Assembly: GCF_027921745.1 (NCBI RefSeq)
Contig: NC_079239.1
Span: forward strand, 434,001 to 498,000
Source: Schizosaccharomyces osmophilus
Lineage: Eukaryota
Direction: 5' to 3'
Length of the DNA: 64,000 nucleotides
A program made the position numbers and the translations under genes. This document shows, piece by piece, positions 12,765-23,791 of the stretch; positions within the stretch are counted from its first letter, which is position 1; every line of letters begins with the position of its first letter. The notes beneath the pieces are model-generated. The model saw only the letters and a program-made list of their open reading frames with translations. It was not told the DNA's origin and did no database searches.

Positions 12765-13313
12765 GTTTCTCTTCGAAACTTGCAGAGTATCACATCAATT
12801 TTAAAAGCATGCTTGAGCTATCGGATTTATAGAAAGCAAGCTTAAAAGACTACCATATGTAGTAGGAAGACCACTGTACACAATATGAAGACGATCTACG
12901 ACCTACGGTCATCAGTAAGAACTCTTATGGATTTTGATCTGCCAAACAGTATATGTTAGAACATTGCTATAACAAATGCAAGTAAACAAAAAATATTGAT
13001 TACTTTACTATTCCAAATGACATATGTTCAAACACTTTTATAGCTTCTTATCATTTCTAATTCTGTTCCTATTACGGTTTTTAGTTTGTTTATATTTGTG
13101 CTCCCTTTCGGTATACTTCGGTATTTTGACCACCGATCCCGAAGACATGTGCTTATATCAGAACCCTACGATTTGAGAGTTAGGTACAAAGACTTTTTAA
13201 ACCGTCCTTTCACCAGCCAGGAGCTAAAAAGTTGTTGAATATACTGTGTTCAATTAGTTACGGTTCAAAAAAAGGGTTTCTGCGATAAAAAAGAAGAAAA
13301 TAAGATTGCAATC

Positions 13314-14571
13314 ATGAATCAGAGTGAATGGGCTCCTGTAGTCTCAGTTTCGCGGGTTTGTAAGTGGCAGAAGCCAAAGGAAAGAATTATGCTAACAAAA
13401 ATCAGATGCTCATGTAAATGAGGAACTCCCGCGTGAGTATTGGGACTATGAAAACATGGAAGACACTTTTGGGTATCAGGACAATTACGAGCTTTTACGG
13501 AAAGTAGGACGAGGAAAATACAGCGAGGTTTTCGAAGGAATAAATGTTTTGAACAACTCTAAATGTATTATAAAGGTGTTAAAACCTGTTAAATATAAGA
13601 AGATTAAGCGTGAAATCAAAATCTTACAAAACTTAACTGGAGGCCCGAATATCATAGCTTTGCTTGATGTCGTTCGTGATCCAGAGGTACGTCCAGCATT
13701 TGTAGCCAAACACGGAAATGGAAAGACCTGATGACCGAAACGTTATGTTTCCTATGGCGTCGTGCTATGCATTATCGTGTTCCACCATCCGTGTTGTCTA
13801 GAAGAACAGAATACTAACCAGTTAATAGAGCAAAACTCCTTCCTTAATATTTGAATATGTAGACAACATAGATTTCCGGACACTCTACCCTACATTATCT
13901 GACTATGATATTCGATACTATTCGCATGAATTGTTGAAGGCATTGGACTTTTGCCATTCTCGAGGTATTATGCATCGTGATGTAAAGCCTCATAATGTTA
14001 TGATTGATCACAAAAGAAGAAAGCTTCGTTTAATTGATTGGGGTTTGGCCGAATTTTACCATGCGGGTATGGAGTATAATGTTCGTGTCGCTAGTCGATA
14101 TTTCAAAGGACCAGAACTTTTGGTTGATTTCCGTGAATATGGTATGTATAGAAGATGGATGAGAAAAAGCTAAAGTTTGGATTTTTGCGACATACTAACT
14201 AGACAGATTACTCCTTGGACATTTGGTCTTTTGGGGTTATGTTTGCGGCATTGATTTTTAAGAAAGATACCTTCTTCCGTGGCCGTGATAATTATGACCA
14301 ATTGGTGAAGATTGCAAAAGTGTTAGGAACTGATGATCTTTTTGCCTATATTGGAAAATACCAAATTGTTTTAGATAGACAATACGACAACGTCCTTGGG
14401 CACTACCCCAAACGTGATTGGTACTCTTTTGTGAATCGGGAAAACCGACAGCTGGCAAATGATGATGCCATTGATTTCCTTTCGCGACTTCTTCGTTATG
14501 ATCATCAGGAACGGTTAACCTGTAAAGAGGCCATGGCGCACCCTTACTTTAATGTTTTGAAGCAGTCCTAA
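13314..14571 (+). CDS. cka1: Casein kinase II alpha subunit; introns 13360-13405, 13687-13828, 14142-14206
   Basis: [41 protein letters not shown] and [13 protein letters not shown]. Confidence 0.97.
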
Positions 14572-15525
14572 ACTTATTTACTAAATTATAATATCCCTAA
14601 TTACACTTATAATGGATATTTGTTTACACACCAAAATTATGGAAGTGTCGGCTCATTGCTTGGAAAAAGCCTATATTATAACCTCAGGGCATTTCACGAT
14701 AGTCGTTGGTTTGTACTCTAGTTGATATCAGTATATGCAGCTGAGTTTCTGAGGTTCTTTTTGACTTAGGTGGCTCGAAAAGTTGTATTTACCACCTGAT
14801 GGCAGTTCTCATTTCCTCCCTTTACTTTTGTTCCCCAATGAAAAGGTTGATATTTCCTTTTCGAATCATAGGCGTTTATCATAATAAACAATCTTTCTAG
14901 AAAATGCTTGATATTTTATTTTGTTATATGCTTTTTTATTTTTGTATACATATCGCGATTTCAGTATGTATAAACTATAGACAAATTGAGAGAACATGTA
15001 TTTTGACGGTTAGAACGTAAAAATAAAAGATTTGCAAGTTTTTGAAACGGATGTAATATATGTCCTGCAAGTAGGATACAGAAAATAAATCCCGAGACTA
15101 TAGAAGATGGTTAAGTTTGTATAATTCAAGAAATGAACACTTTATATTAAATTTGTCAATTTTATTCTTTTTATTGTTGGGTTGTTTACAGATTTTTATG
15201 ATAAACACATGAATTTCATCCTTTGTAAAAAAAAAAAAAAAGTTGTCTACTTTGCCAGCCTTTATTTGTTTTTTCTTCGACTTGCATTGTTCAAAAGTAG
15301 CACCACCAGAGGTCAACTCATTTTTCAAAGTGAAGATACGGAAAGGAGAAAGGATTTAAAAATAGCCAATTGAAAAGACAAAAGGATTTAAAAGAAGAGA
15401 AACCCAAAGCTGCTTACCCAGAGTTAGCTATTAGTAAAGAGCGTGACAAGGAAGAAAGAATATCTTGAAAAGTTTTTATACACTTGTATATTTGTTAGCT
15501 CGCAGAATAATTATAAGAGGCAAGG

Positions 15526-15744
15526 ATGTTGCGAAAACAACCAACGGCAATTCAGATTACCGCGGAAGATGTTTTTGAGTATGATGATGAAAAGCTGAAA
15601 GAAAACCACGACTTTAGCTCGCCTTCTCATAATGTATCTCATAGACCAAAAGACACGTTTACGTCCATGCAGGAGAAGAAGAATCTATCGAAAGAGCGAA
15701 GGATCGGTATTGCACCTGGACAGGATCAATACGCCCAACCCTAA
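15526..15744 (+). CDS. hcn1: APC/C subunit Hcn1/Cdc26
   Basis: N-terminus MLRKQPTAIQITAEDV fits the Cdc26 family MLRRxPT motif; position after cka1. Confidence 0.88.
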   Translation: MLRKQPTAIQITAEDVFEYDDEKLKENHDFSSPSHNVSHRPKDTFTSMQEKKNLSKERRIGIAPGQDQYAQP

Positions 15745-16144
15745 CCAAAAGCAACGATTTTATGGTACAATGAATTGAACACAACAGAAAGTTACAGTTG
15801 TACACAAAGTGAAATGGAGGCATATTTCATGATTATTATGCTAAACTATGCTAAGTACTGACTGATCGCGTTTGACAGGAAAGACTAATCTGAATCTCAA
15901 TATATATGCTAAGACTGAGGCTTTCAAAAAGGCGCGTCCATATTATATTAATAAAAATAAAGAAATAGGAAACCATAAAAAGAAACAAAAAAGCATCTGA
16001 TAGCCAACGAGAAGGTGTACAAAGAATTAGAACAGTAAATGTTTAATTAGATAAAATTATCTAAAAATAACGACATGTAAATTAAAAAAGAAATATTTGC
16101 TCGCAGAAAATACAAAAGAAGTGAACAAGTAGATAAGGAAGGGT

Positions 16145-16777
16145 TTAAGCAGACTTGTCAGACAATTTGGCTTTCTGCTTGGCGACAAGGGCATCATGCT
16201 CATCAATGTCCATAGCTTCCCAAGGATACATGATCCAGTAGTCGGGAGTATTGCAGCCGGCAAAGTAGTAGTTTTCGACAAGCTCTTTGTTGAGTTCTGC
16301 ATTCTTGGGTTTGACCTTGTTGTGAACGACGAAAATACCAAAACTAGTCTTTTCATGTTCACGGTTCAATAGTTTTGCTTGCTTTGCAACATCGCGCTCC
16401 AACTCACGAACAGCATAGTGAAGAGTAGTACGGGTATCGTCGACTTCATCCACAATCAAAATGTTTTTTCCGACCAAGCTGACCATACCCAAAGTACTGA
16501 AATCCAACCACTGGGTACGTTTGACCTCGACACCTGGGACTTCTTCAGGAGAGTCGGTGGTTAGATCCTCATACAAGCTGAGACCAATGGCTTGAATGGG
16601 AATGTTTTTGCTTCCCTTCTTCTTCAAGAAGGTACGGAGAATACGAGCAGGAATAAAACCACCACCGCCAATGGCAATAATCACATCCGGTCGAAAAACT
16701 TGTAGGATGTGGTTGGCTTGCTCAGCACACATTTTATGAACATCGTTGTAGCTATAGTAAAGACGAACTGGCTCCAT
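16145..16777 (-). CDS. hpt1: Hypoxanthine/guanine(xanthine) phosphoribosyltransferase
   Basis: IIAIGGGGFIPARILR, PRPP motif ILIVDEVDDTRTTL and WIMYPWE; first AUG at 16777. Confidence 0.95.
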   Translation of the reverse strand: MEPVRLYYSYNDVHKMCAEQANHILQVFRPDVIIAIGGGGFIPARILRTFLKKKGSKNIPIQAIGLSLYEDLTTDSPEEVPGVEVKRTQWLDFSTLGMVSLVGKNILIVDEVDDTRTTLHYAVRELERDVAKQAKLLNREHEKTSFGIFVVHNKVKPKNAELNKELVENYYFAGCNTPDYWIMYPWEAMDIDEHDALVAKQKAKLSDKSA

Positions 16778-18335
16778 GATTAGGTATAGATGAAAGCCCG
16801 AAATGTAATTATAAAAAAGAGAAAAGGATAGCGTAAAAAATAAACCAATAGAGAGCCTAAAGGGGAATTCAACAAAAAATGAATGAGCGGAATAAAAAAA
16901 AAAAAAACCAAAAAAACACACAAATTCCGGTTCTTTATGAAATATGCTGAATATACGTTGTCTGTTCTTTGTCAAACTCCCTTTTTGTTGTGCTTTTATA
17001 AAAAAAAAAAAAATCGATCAGATTATCAAAATCCGATATATGGGAATTTACACATTCGTGACACTTGTGAATTCGATACCAAAGAAGCCACGAACCCTAC
17101 CCTAAGATCACTTGGTGGAAGCTCAAAATTCTCCTAGAAGTAGATATATAGTCATGATGAAGAAGGAAATGGCGGCATAATTGAAGAAGAAAAAATGAGC
17201 TGAAAGTTGTGAGTCTGACTTCTATATTTCAACGTTGCTTCCTTGCTAGTTGCCGACTTCAATATGACTCAGAAGTATTCTCTGGATTTTGTCGCTTCTA
17301 TAGTTGACAATGCTGAGCAGGTCCATGCTTCAGCCCTTTAAATTGTGTTCAAGAGAGCAGCAAGAGACTTTAGTAAATGTTGTAACTGTCTGGAGTCTGT
17401 CATTGATTAATCAAGTGGAAAAGAATAGAAAAAGAAAAGAAAATAGACGTTCATAGCGAAAACATTATAAACAAAATAACAACTTGGATTGGGATCGAAT
17501 AGTGTAAAAAGTCTTCAGCGAACAAGTAGACTCGTTAAAAGTGAAGGCCATTGAATTTTACGTTTGCTTGTAGTCGTAAATTTCAATATCCATTTTTACT
17601 GAAAGCATGCTTCGTATATTTCTTTCCCCGGCTCTTCTTGTATTCTTCTTTGTTTATTATCCTAAACCGTAAAAGCATATGGTTATAGTATGCTCTTATA
17701 GTTACAACAATAATGCATATGCTTCAACCATTGTATCATCTTGGTTTTAGGGATGATCTGATATCAATCTCCACCGTATTCCTACTTCAATACCACCACC
17801 TTTTTTGCAAGTTTTCTGACATTTCTTTCTTTCTTTTTTCCGTTTAAAACCCAACTGGTTTTTTTTTGAACGATCCCTTTTATGTGATTTTCTTGAACGC
17901 TCGACCAACTTATTTCCTTCTTGAATTTACCATATAGATCTTGAAAGAAGCATTATATAAAGTTATCAAACCAAACCACCAAATCGCTAATCCTAATCTT
18001 TCTTGGATTAAAGAAGCTATAAACTACCAACTGTTGTCAGTATTACGATACGATACGAAACAAAATAAGCCCGTTTTTATTCTTTTATTGAGAAAGGCAA
18101 AGTCGACTTGCTGAAGCTCAAGCAAACTACATTTGTCGTATTTGCTTCTTTTTGAAGAATCTTTTTCAGTGATTTATCAATACAAAATCGTCAAGAGTAT
18201 TTGTTGAGAGGATTACTTGCCTTCCTTTCAAATTCCTGGCCTGCTTCGTTTTTTTTGTGTTTATCATTTCCTAATTTCTAATTTTTGTTTTCATTTTGTT
18301 GTTTATTTTCCTGTTTCTCTCTCGATCTAGTCTTC

Positions 18336-19517
18336 ATGGATTTTTCACGCCAAACCCGTATTATCTTGCTTTTGACTATCGACATCACCTTTTTCTTTAT
18401 TGAAATTATTACAGGCTATGCGATTGACTCACTGGCTCTTATCGCCGATTCTTTCCATATGCTAAATGACATTGCCAGTTTGTTCATTGCACTTTGGGCA
18501 ACTAAGCTCGCTCATTCCACCGATTACGAGGCTAAATACACCTATGGTTGGCAAAGAGCTGAAATTCTTGGTGCTTTAGCCAATGGCGTCTTTTTGATTG
18601 CCCTTTGCATGTTCATCTTCTTAGAAGCTATCCAACGCTTTATTGAACCACCTTCCGTTACGAATCCTACACTTATGCTCTTTGTCGGATCTATGGGCCT
18701 TATTAGCAATATTATTGGCATGTTCCTTTTCCACGACCATAGCCATGCCCATGGCCATGGCCACGATCACCATCAGGCATCTAATGCTCGTAACTACGAA
18801 TTCCCAGAAGAAGTTGATGATATTGAGTCAGTCTTACCTTCCACTATCGTCAACCGTTGTCATTTCCAAGGTGTTCCTCATGACCATCCTGCTGCTGACA
18901 TCGCTGCCACCGAGAACTCCCCCTTGCTTAGCTACATTGGTTCCCCCTCTGGCTCCAATGTTTCCAGAAAGTCTCCTAGCAACCACGGAACCATTCCAGA
19001 TTCTTCTCCCCATAAAGATCAACACAAACCCAAGCGTAGCCTCAATATGCATGGCGTTTTCCTTCACGTATTGGGAGACGCCCTTGGTAACGTCGGCGTG
19101 ATCAGTGCAGCCTTAGTAATTGGATATACAGACTACTCTTGGCGCTACCTATTCGATCCTTGCGTAAGTGTTTTGCTCACCTTTATCATCCTCCTCAGCG
19201 CCATTCCCCTTTGCAAGTCTGCCGCTTTAATTTTATTGCAAGTTGCTCCTCAAAGCATTCGCATAGAAGATGTCTCGTACCTCATCAGTCAATTAAATGG
19301 TGTTGAATCCGTCCACGAACTTCACATCTGGCAATTGTCTGACGTAAAGTTAATTGCTACTGTTCACGTTTGCGTTACTCTTCCCGATGACCGAGGTGAG
19401 TCTTATATGAAAATGACCAAGGACATCAATAGGGTCCTTCAATCCTTCGGCATTCATGAATGTACCATTCAACCTGAATTTGCCAATCATCCGTCCCTTT
19501 GCCCTTCTGCCAACTAA
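18336..19517 (+). CDS. zhf1: Cation diffusion facilitator zinc transporter (Zrc1/Cot1 family)
   Basis: SLALIADSFHMLND, TYGWQRAEILGAL, His-rich loop, LNMHGVFLHVLGDALG and HELHIWQL. Confidence 0.95.
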   Translation: MDFSRQTRIILLLTIDITFFFIEIITGYAIDSLALIADSFHMLNDIASLFIALWATKLAHSTDYEAKYTYGWQRAEILGALANGVFLIALCMFIFLEAIQRFIEPPSVTNPTLMLFVGSMGLISNIIGMFLFHDHSHAHGHGHDHHQASNARNYEFPEEVDDIESVLPSTIVNRCHFQGVPHDHPAADIAATENSPLLSYIGSPSGSNVSRKSPSNHGTIPDSSPHKDQHKPKRSLNMHGVFLHVLGDALGNVGVISAALVIGYTDYSWRYLFDPCVSVLLTFIILLSAIPLCKSAALILLQVAPQSIRIEDVSYLISQLNGVESVHELHIWQLSDVKLIATVHVCVTLPDDRGESYMKMTKDINRVLQSFGIHECTIQPEFANHPSLCPSAN

Positions 19518-20172
19518 ACTTTTGTCCCGTTTCCTATGCCGCACGTTCAATGAGCGCATAAGAGAATACAGACTTGTTTTACCTCCCTTCGCTTCCCGCT
19601 TGTGATCTTATGCCTATTTTTAATATAATAAGCCTAAAATACAAAAAACACGTTTCATTTGGACCGTTACCCTTTACACTTCCGTCAGACTGGTCGATAC
19701 ATCTACTGGCTATAGATTTATGTTTATCGATTTGTACAATTCTTTCACTTAAAGTTTGCTATTTAGTTAAGACTATTCAAAATACACCCGATTGCAACTT
19801 TCTATATATAAAACATTTGAGTAAAATTTTTCGTTTAGTGGTTTAGTGGTTTCGTTGTTTTAATTGTTATTTCTTTTGTAGTTGTTTTTCTCTTGTTTCA
19901 TTTCTTCTTTTTTGTTTTGAATTCTCTTTGAGTTGATATTTTTTGTACTTTACTTTACTGTTCAAACTCAACACTAAATTCAATTATTGCTGCCTTTACA
20001 AGACTTGGTTTTTTCTTAAGCTTACTTCCACTAACCACCAAACTTACTTCTTGATAAAGTCGACAACGCCTTGGTTAATCTAACCTTTCCTCAGCTACCC
20101 TTTACATATTTCTCAACTACAACTTAGAAGGGATCAATTTCCCAAAAGATTGATGATTTAATAGTTGGATAC

Positions 20173-23100
20173 ATGGAACAAGCAATATCGGTTTCCAAAA
20201 ATGGTATATTATTTTCTTATTATGAACATGTAACTAATTTTTTTTTTTTTTTTTTTGCAGACTTCAGATCGTCAATAAACGAGAACTATCAAAGTGGGAC
20301 TGTACCCATGAATGACAACTATCGAAATAGTAGGGCAGATATTGAGAAGGAATCGGCTGCTTTTATTCGCATTTTTGGTGAAAAGCTATTTCACTATCCT
20401 TCTCTTTACACAGCGTTTGTGGAGATAGTGAAAGCTTTGGACGAACAAATGTATGAAAATTGATGTTCTTTACATCTTCAACTAACGTCCCTCTTATAGT
20501 ATTGATTTTCCCGGGTTTATTGAACGAGTGCACGTTCTCTTGAACGACTTCCCAGAATTGCTACTTGAACTTAATACTCTCCTTCCTTCTTCCTATCAAT
20601 TTCTACCGTCGAACGGAGGAATCAACGGATTGCAATTTACTACTCCAACTGGTACCGTATCACGACCTTACTCCTATGCCGCTAGCTATGCAGACGTTCC
20701 CAGTTGCTACCACCGAGCTATTAGTTGCGTTGCAAAAGTAAAAAGGGCATTAAAAAACAACGATGCATCCTTTCAGCAATTTCAGCTGATTCTTCAACAA
20801 TTTTCGAGTTCTGAAATTAGTGCGGAGGAGCTTCAAAGTAAAGTAGCCTCTTTACTCAGCGATTTTCCTACGTTACTTCAGCAGTTTCAACAATTTTTAC
20901 CAAACTCGGTATTTTACAGTTCAACACCTCCGTTGGGGTCATATCCGATACGAACGGTTCAGAGCTCCAACTTTCGACTTAGTAACCTTTCTGATTTCAA
21001 TACTCCACCATCCTCCGTTCATGATACTATAGCCACAGCTTTTCCGTCTGTTTCCCAAGCTGATGCTATAGGGTTTTTCAAACAAGTACAACACCAACTA
21101 CCGAGTCTCGATATATATCATGAATTTTTAAAACTAATCAATCTTTATGTCCAAAATATTATTTCTCGGGATACATTGTTGGCCAGAAGTTTTGCCTTTT
21201 TACGATCCATTCCTGACTTATGGAAGAGCTTTCAACTGATTCTGCATTTTAATCCTCAAGAATTTCCTAATATTTATTATACTGCCACGTCTGATCACTC
21301 TGATTATGGTCCAAGTTATCGTCTTCTTCCATTGGAGGAACGTATGAGCCCATGTAGTGGTAGAGATGAGTTAGCTTGGTCTATTCTAAATGATGAATGG
21401 GTCAGTCATCCCACTTGGGCTTCCGAAGAAAGTGGTTTCATTGTCCAACGAAAAACTCCTTATGAGGATGCCATGACAAAACTGGAAGAAGAGCGTTATG
21501 AGTTTGATCGACATATCGAGGCTATTAACTGGACTATTAAAACCTTAGACAATCTAGCGGTCCGTTTGGAAGAGATGTCAGAAGAAGAACAAAAAGGTTA
21601 TCAACTACCACCTGGCTTAGGCTTGCGGTCGAAAAGTATTTACGAGAAAACAATCAAGCTAGTATATACCGCTGATCATTACAAGATTATACTGAATGCT
21701 TTAGAAACTATGCCTTCGGCTACTCTTCCTATAGTTCTAAAACGATTGATTGAAAAAAGAGAAGAATGGCGATCAGCGAAAGAATCTTTACAGCCTACTT
21801 GGAGAAATACAGAATTTAAAAATTATGATAAAAGTTTGGATCCTCAATGCATATACTTTAAGGCTAAGGATAAAAAAATAGTTACTCCTAAGCTTTTGCT
21901 CGCCGAAGCAGAGACCATACATGGCCAAACATCTATGCAATTCCCATTTTTTAGTGAGACTTCTTTTGACTTTTCAACCATTTACGATAATGAGAATGTT
22001 CTTTTCGACGTGTGCTACATAGTATGTACCTTTGTGGTATGTAATTCCCCTTCCGGTCTCAAAAAAGTCGAAAACTTTTTTAAAAATACTCTTCCTCTAT
22101 TTTTTGGAATTGATAAACAAAAATTAGCGAAGTTCTTAGATCCTGTTTTCCATGGCCCCAATTATGATTCTTCCGCTGAAAGTATGTATGGAAACAAAAT
22201 CATACGCAGAAAACGATCAAATTCGATTACCCAATTGACTGAGCTTTCAAAACATCAAAAAATAAGCGAGCAGCGACAAAGTCGTTCAGCAGCTGCTGCC
22301 AGAAAAAAAGGGGACGTTATTAATAACGCTGTGAATTCCGACGATACTCCTTCTGATAACGGTAGTCCAGCTTCAAATTCAAAGCAGCAGTTATCTCGTC
22401 CTGCTGCAGCAATTGTGGCAAGTTTGAAGTATCCTAGTCATCCTGAAAATTGTTTGTTGGACGAAAGTAATCGGGAGAAAGCTGTCCCGAACAACCAAAC
22501 AACTTTTGATGAGAAGTTTCCGTTTATGAAAACCGATGAAGTCAATCAGGTTGAGCAATACGGCTATTCTGCAATTTATGTCTTTTTCCGTCTATTCAAT
22601 ATGCTATATGACCGGTTATTACAACTGAAGAATCTGGAAAACTGCGTAGAGGATGCTCAGAGACAAATAAAACCAAATCCTGTGGCTCAAGAGCACAAGC
22701 TATGGAGAAGCAGAGAAAGCGAATTACCTGAGCTCCCGGAGGAAGATACATACTACAATAAAACATTCGTCATGTCATTACGACTCATATACGGTGTCCT
22801 GGATCAGAATCAGTTTGAAGATTACATGCGTTTTTATTATGGTAACAAAGCCTATGAACTGTACACGGTTGACAAATTGGTATGGTCAGTAGCTAAACAA
22901 GTACACCACATTGTGTCTGATGGAAAATTCAAACACGTGCTGGGTGTCATTGAAGAATATAATAGCCGGTCTACGCCAAAACGGTCCTATGATGAGTTTT
23001 TATATCGCATGAATTTGGAGCGGTATCTAAATTCTGATGAAATGTTGTTTCGGTTTGCGTGGAATTTTGACGCAAAGCGATTTTCTATTAATTTGTTGCG

Positions 23101-23539
23101 ACGTGCTAATGTTACTTTGGATGAGACGTTAGAAAGCCAACGGCAAGGATGGAAGAAGTATTTGGAAGATTACATCGCTCAAAAGGGAACCGACTGCGTT
23201 TCCTATAAAAATTACCGGTGTCCTTTCTTATGTAGAACGATTCCTTTTGAAGGAACATCTGGAATGGCCCGAATGTCATTACAGACAAGACTGATGAGTT
23301 CGCTTTGCTTTCTATCTGATTTAAAAGCTAGACTGTGTATTAATTCATTTAAGCTACTATATGTTCCTTGTACTCAAGACGCTTACTTAAGCCGTGACTA
23401 CTTGCTATTGAATAATCCCGAGTCGCTTGGTATACAGTCTGCTCGTTCTTCTCGGTGGAAGGCACGTTTAGACACCCTACATACCAAGTTGTTTGATGGG
23501 CAACTTAATAATGTTTCGTTTGAATCTCTATTTATATAG
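20173..23539 (+). CDS. pst2: Sin3-family co-repressor of the Clr6 HDAC complex; introns 20204-20260, 20451-20499
   Basis: PAH-like repeats; HID signature YGPSYRLLP..CSGRDEL..LNDEWVSHPTWASEESGF; Sin3 C-terminal region YELYTVDKLV. Paralog assignment rests on synteny. Confidence 0.9.
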
Positions 23540-23706
23540 AAGGGCTATTAATGTATTTAGAAAATCTCGCCTTAAAACCGATTTATTGGACTCGTTTTTT
23601 TGTTAGCTATCACTCTTAACGTTTTAAAATTAATTTGTTGCAATCTATTTTTCTTGTATGTTTAGTATCGTATTTGTAGGATTCTTCGCATGTTGACCGA
23701 AATGTT

Positions 23707-23746
23707 TGTTTACAAATAGTGTTGCCCTAGTAACCACTTTGTTTAC
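23707..23746. promoter_or_regulatory. plo1 mitotic promoter module: forkhead site, RFX X-box/PCB, forkhead site
   Basis: TGTTTAC at 23707-23713 and 23740-23746 flank GTTGCCCTAGTAAC (23721-23734), 45-85 bp upstream of the plo1 ATG. Confidence 0.75.
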
Positions 23747-23791
23747 GTTGTCGCGGCACCTTCAGGATTTTGTCAAGAGACAAAATCTCAA

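Noticed and set aside
13728..13795. Box C/D snoRNA reading of the cka1 intron (TGATGA as box C)
   Set aside because: No box D CTGA before the 3' arm of the terminal stem.
16778..16975. 66-codon in-frame upstream extension of hpt1
   Set aside because: TTG start and poly-Phe composition; explained by a U-rich leader.
17209..17271. TGACTC(A)-like motifs upstream of hpt1
   Set aside because: Short motifs at chance frequency; cannot assign a factor.
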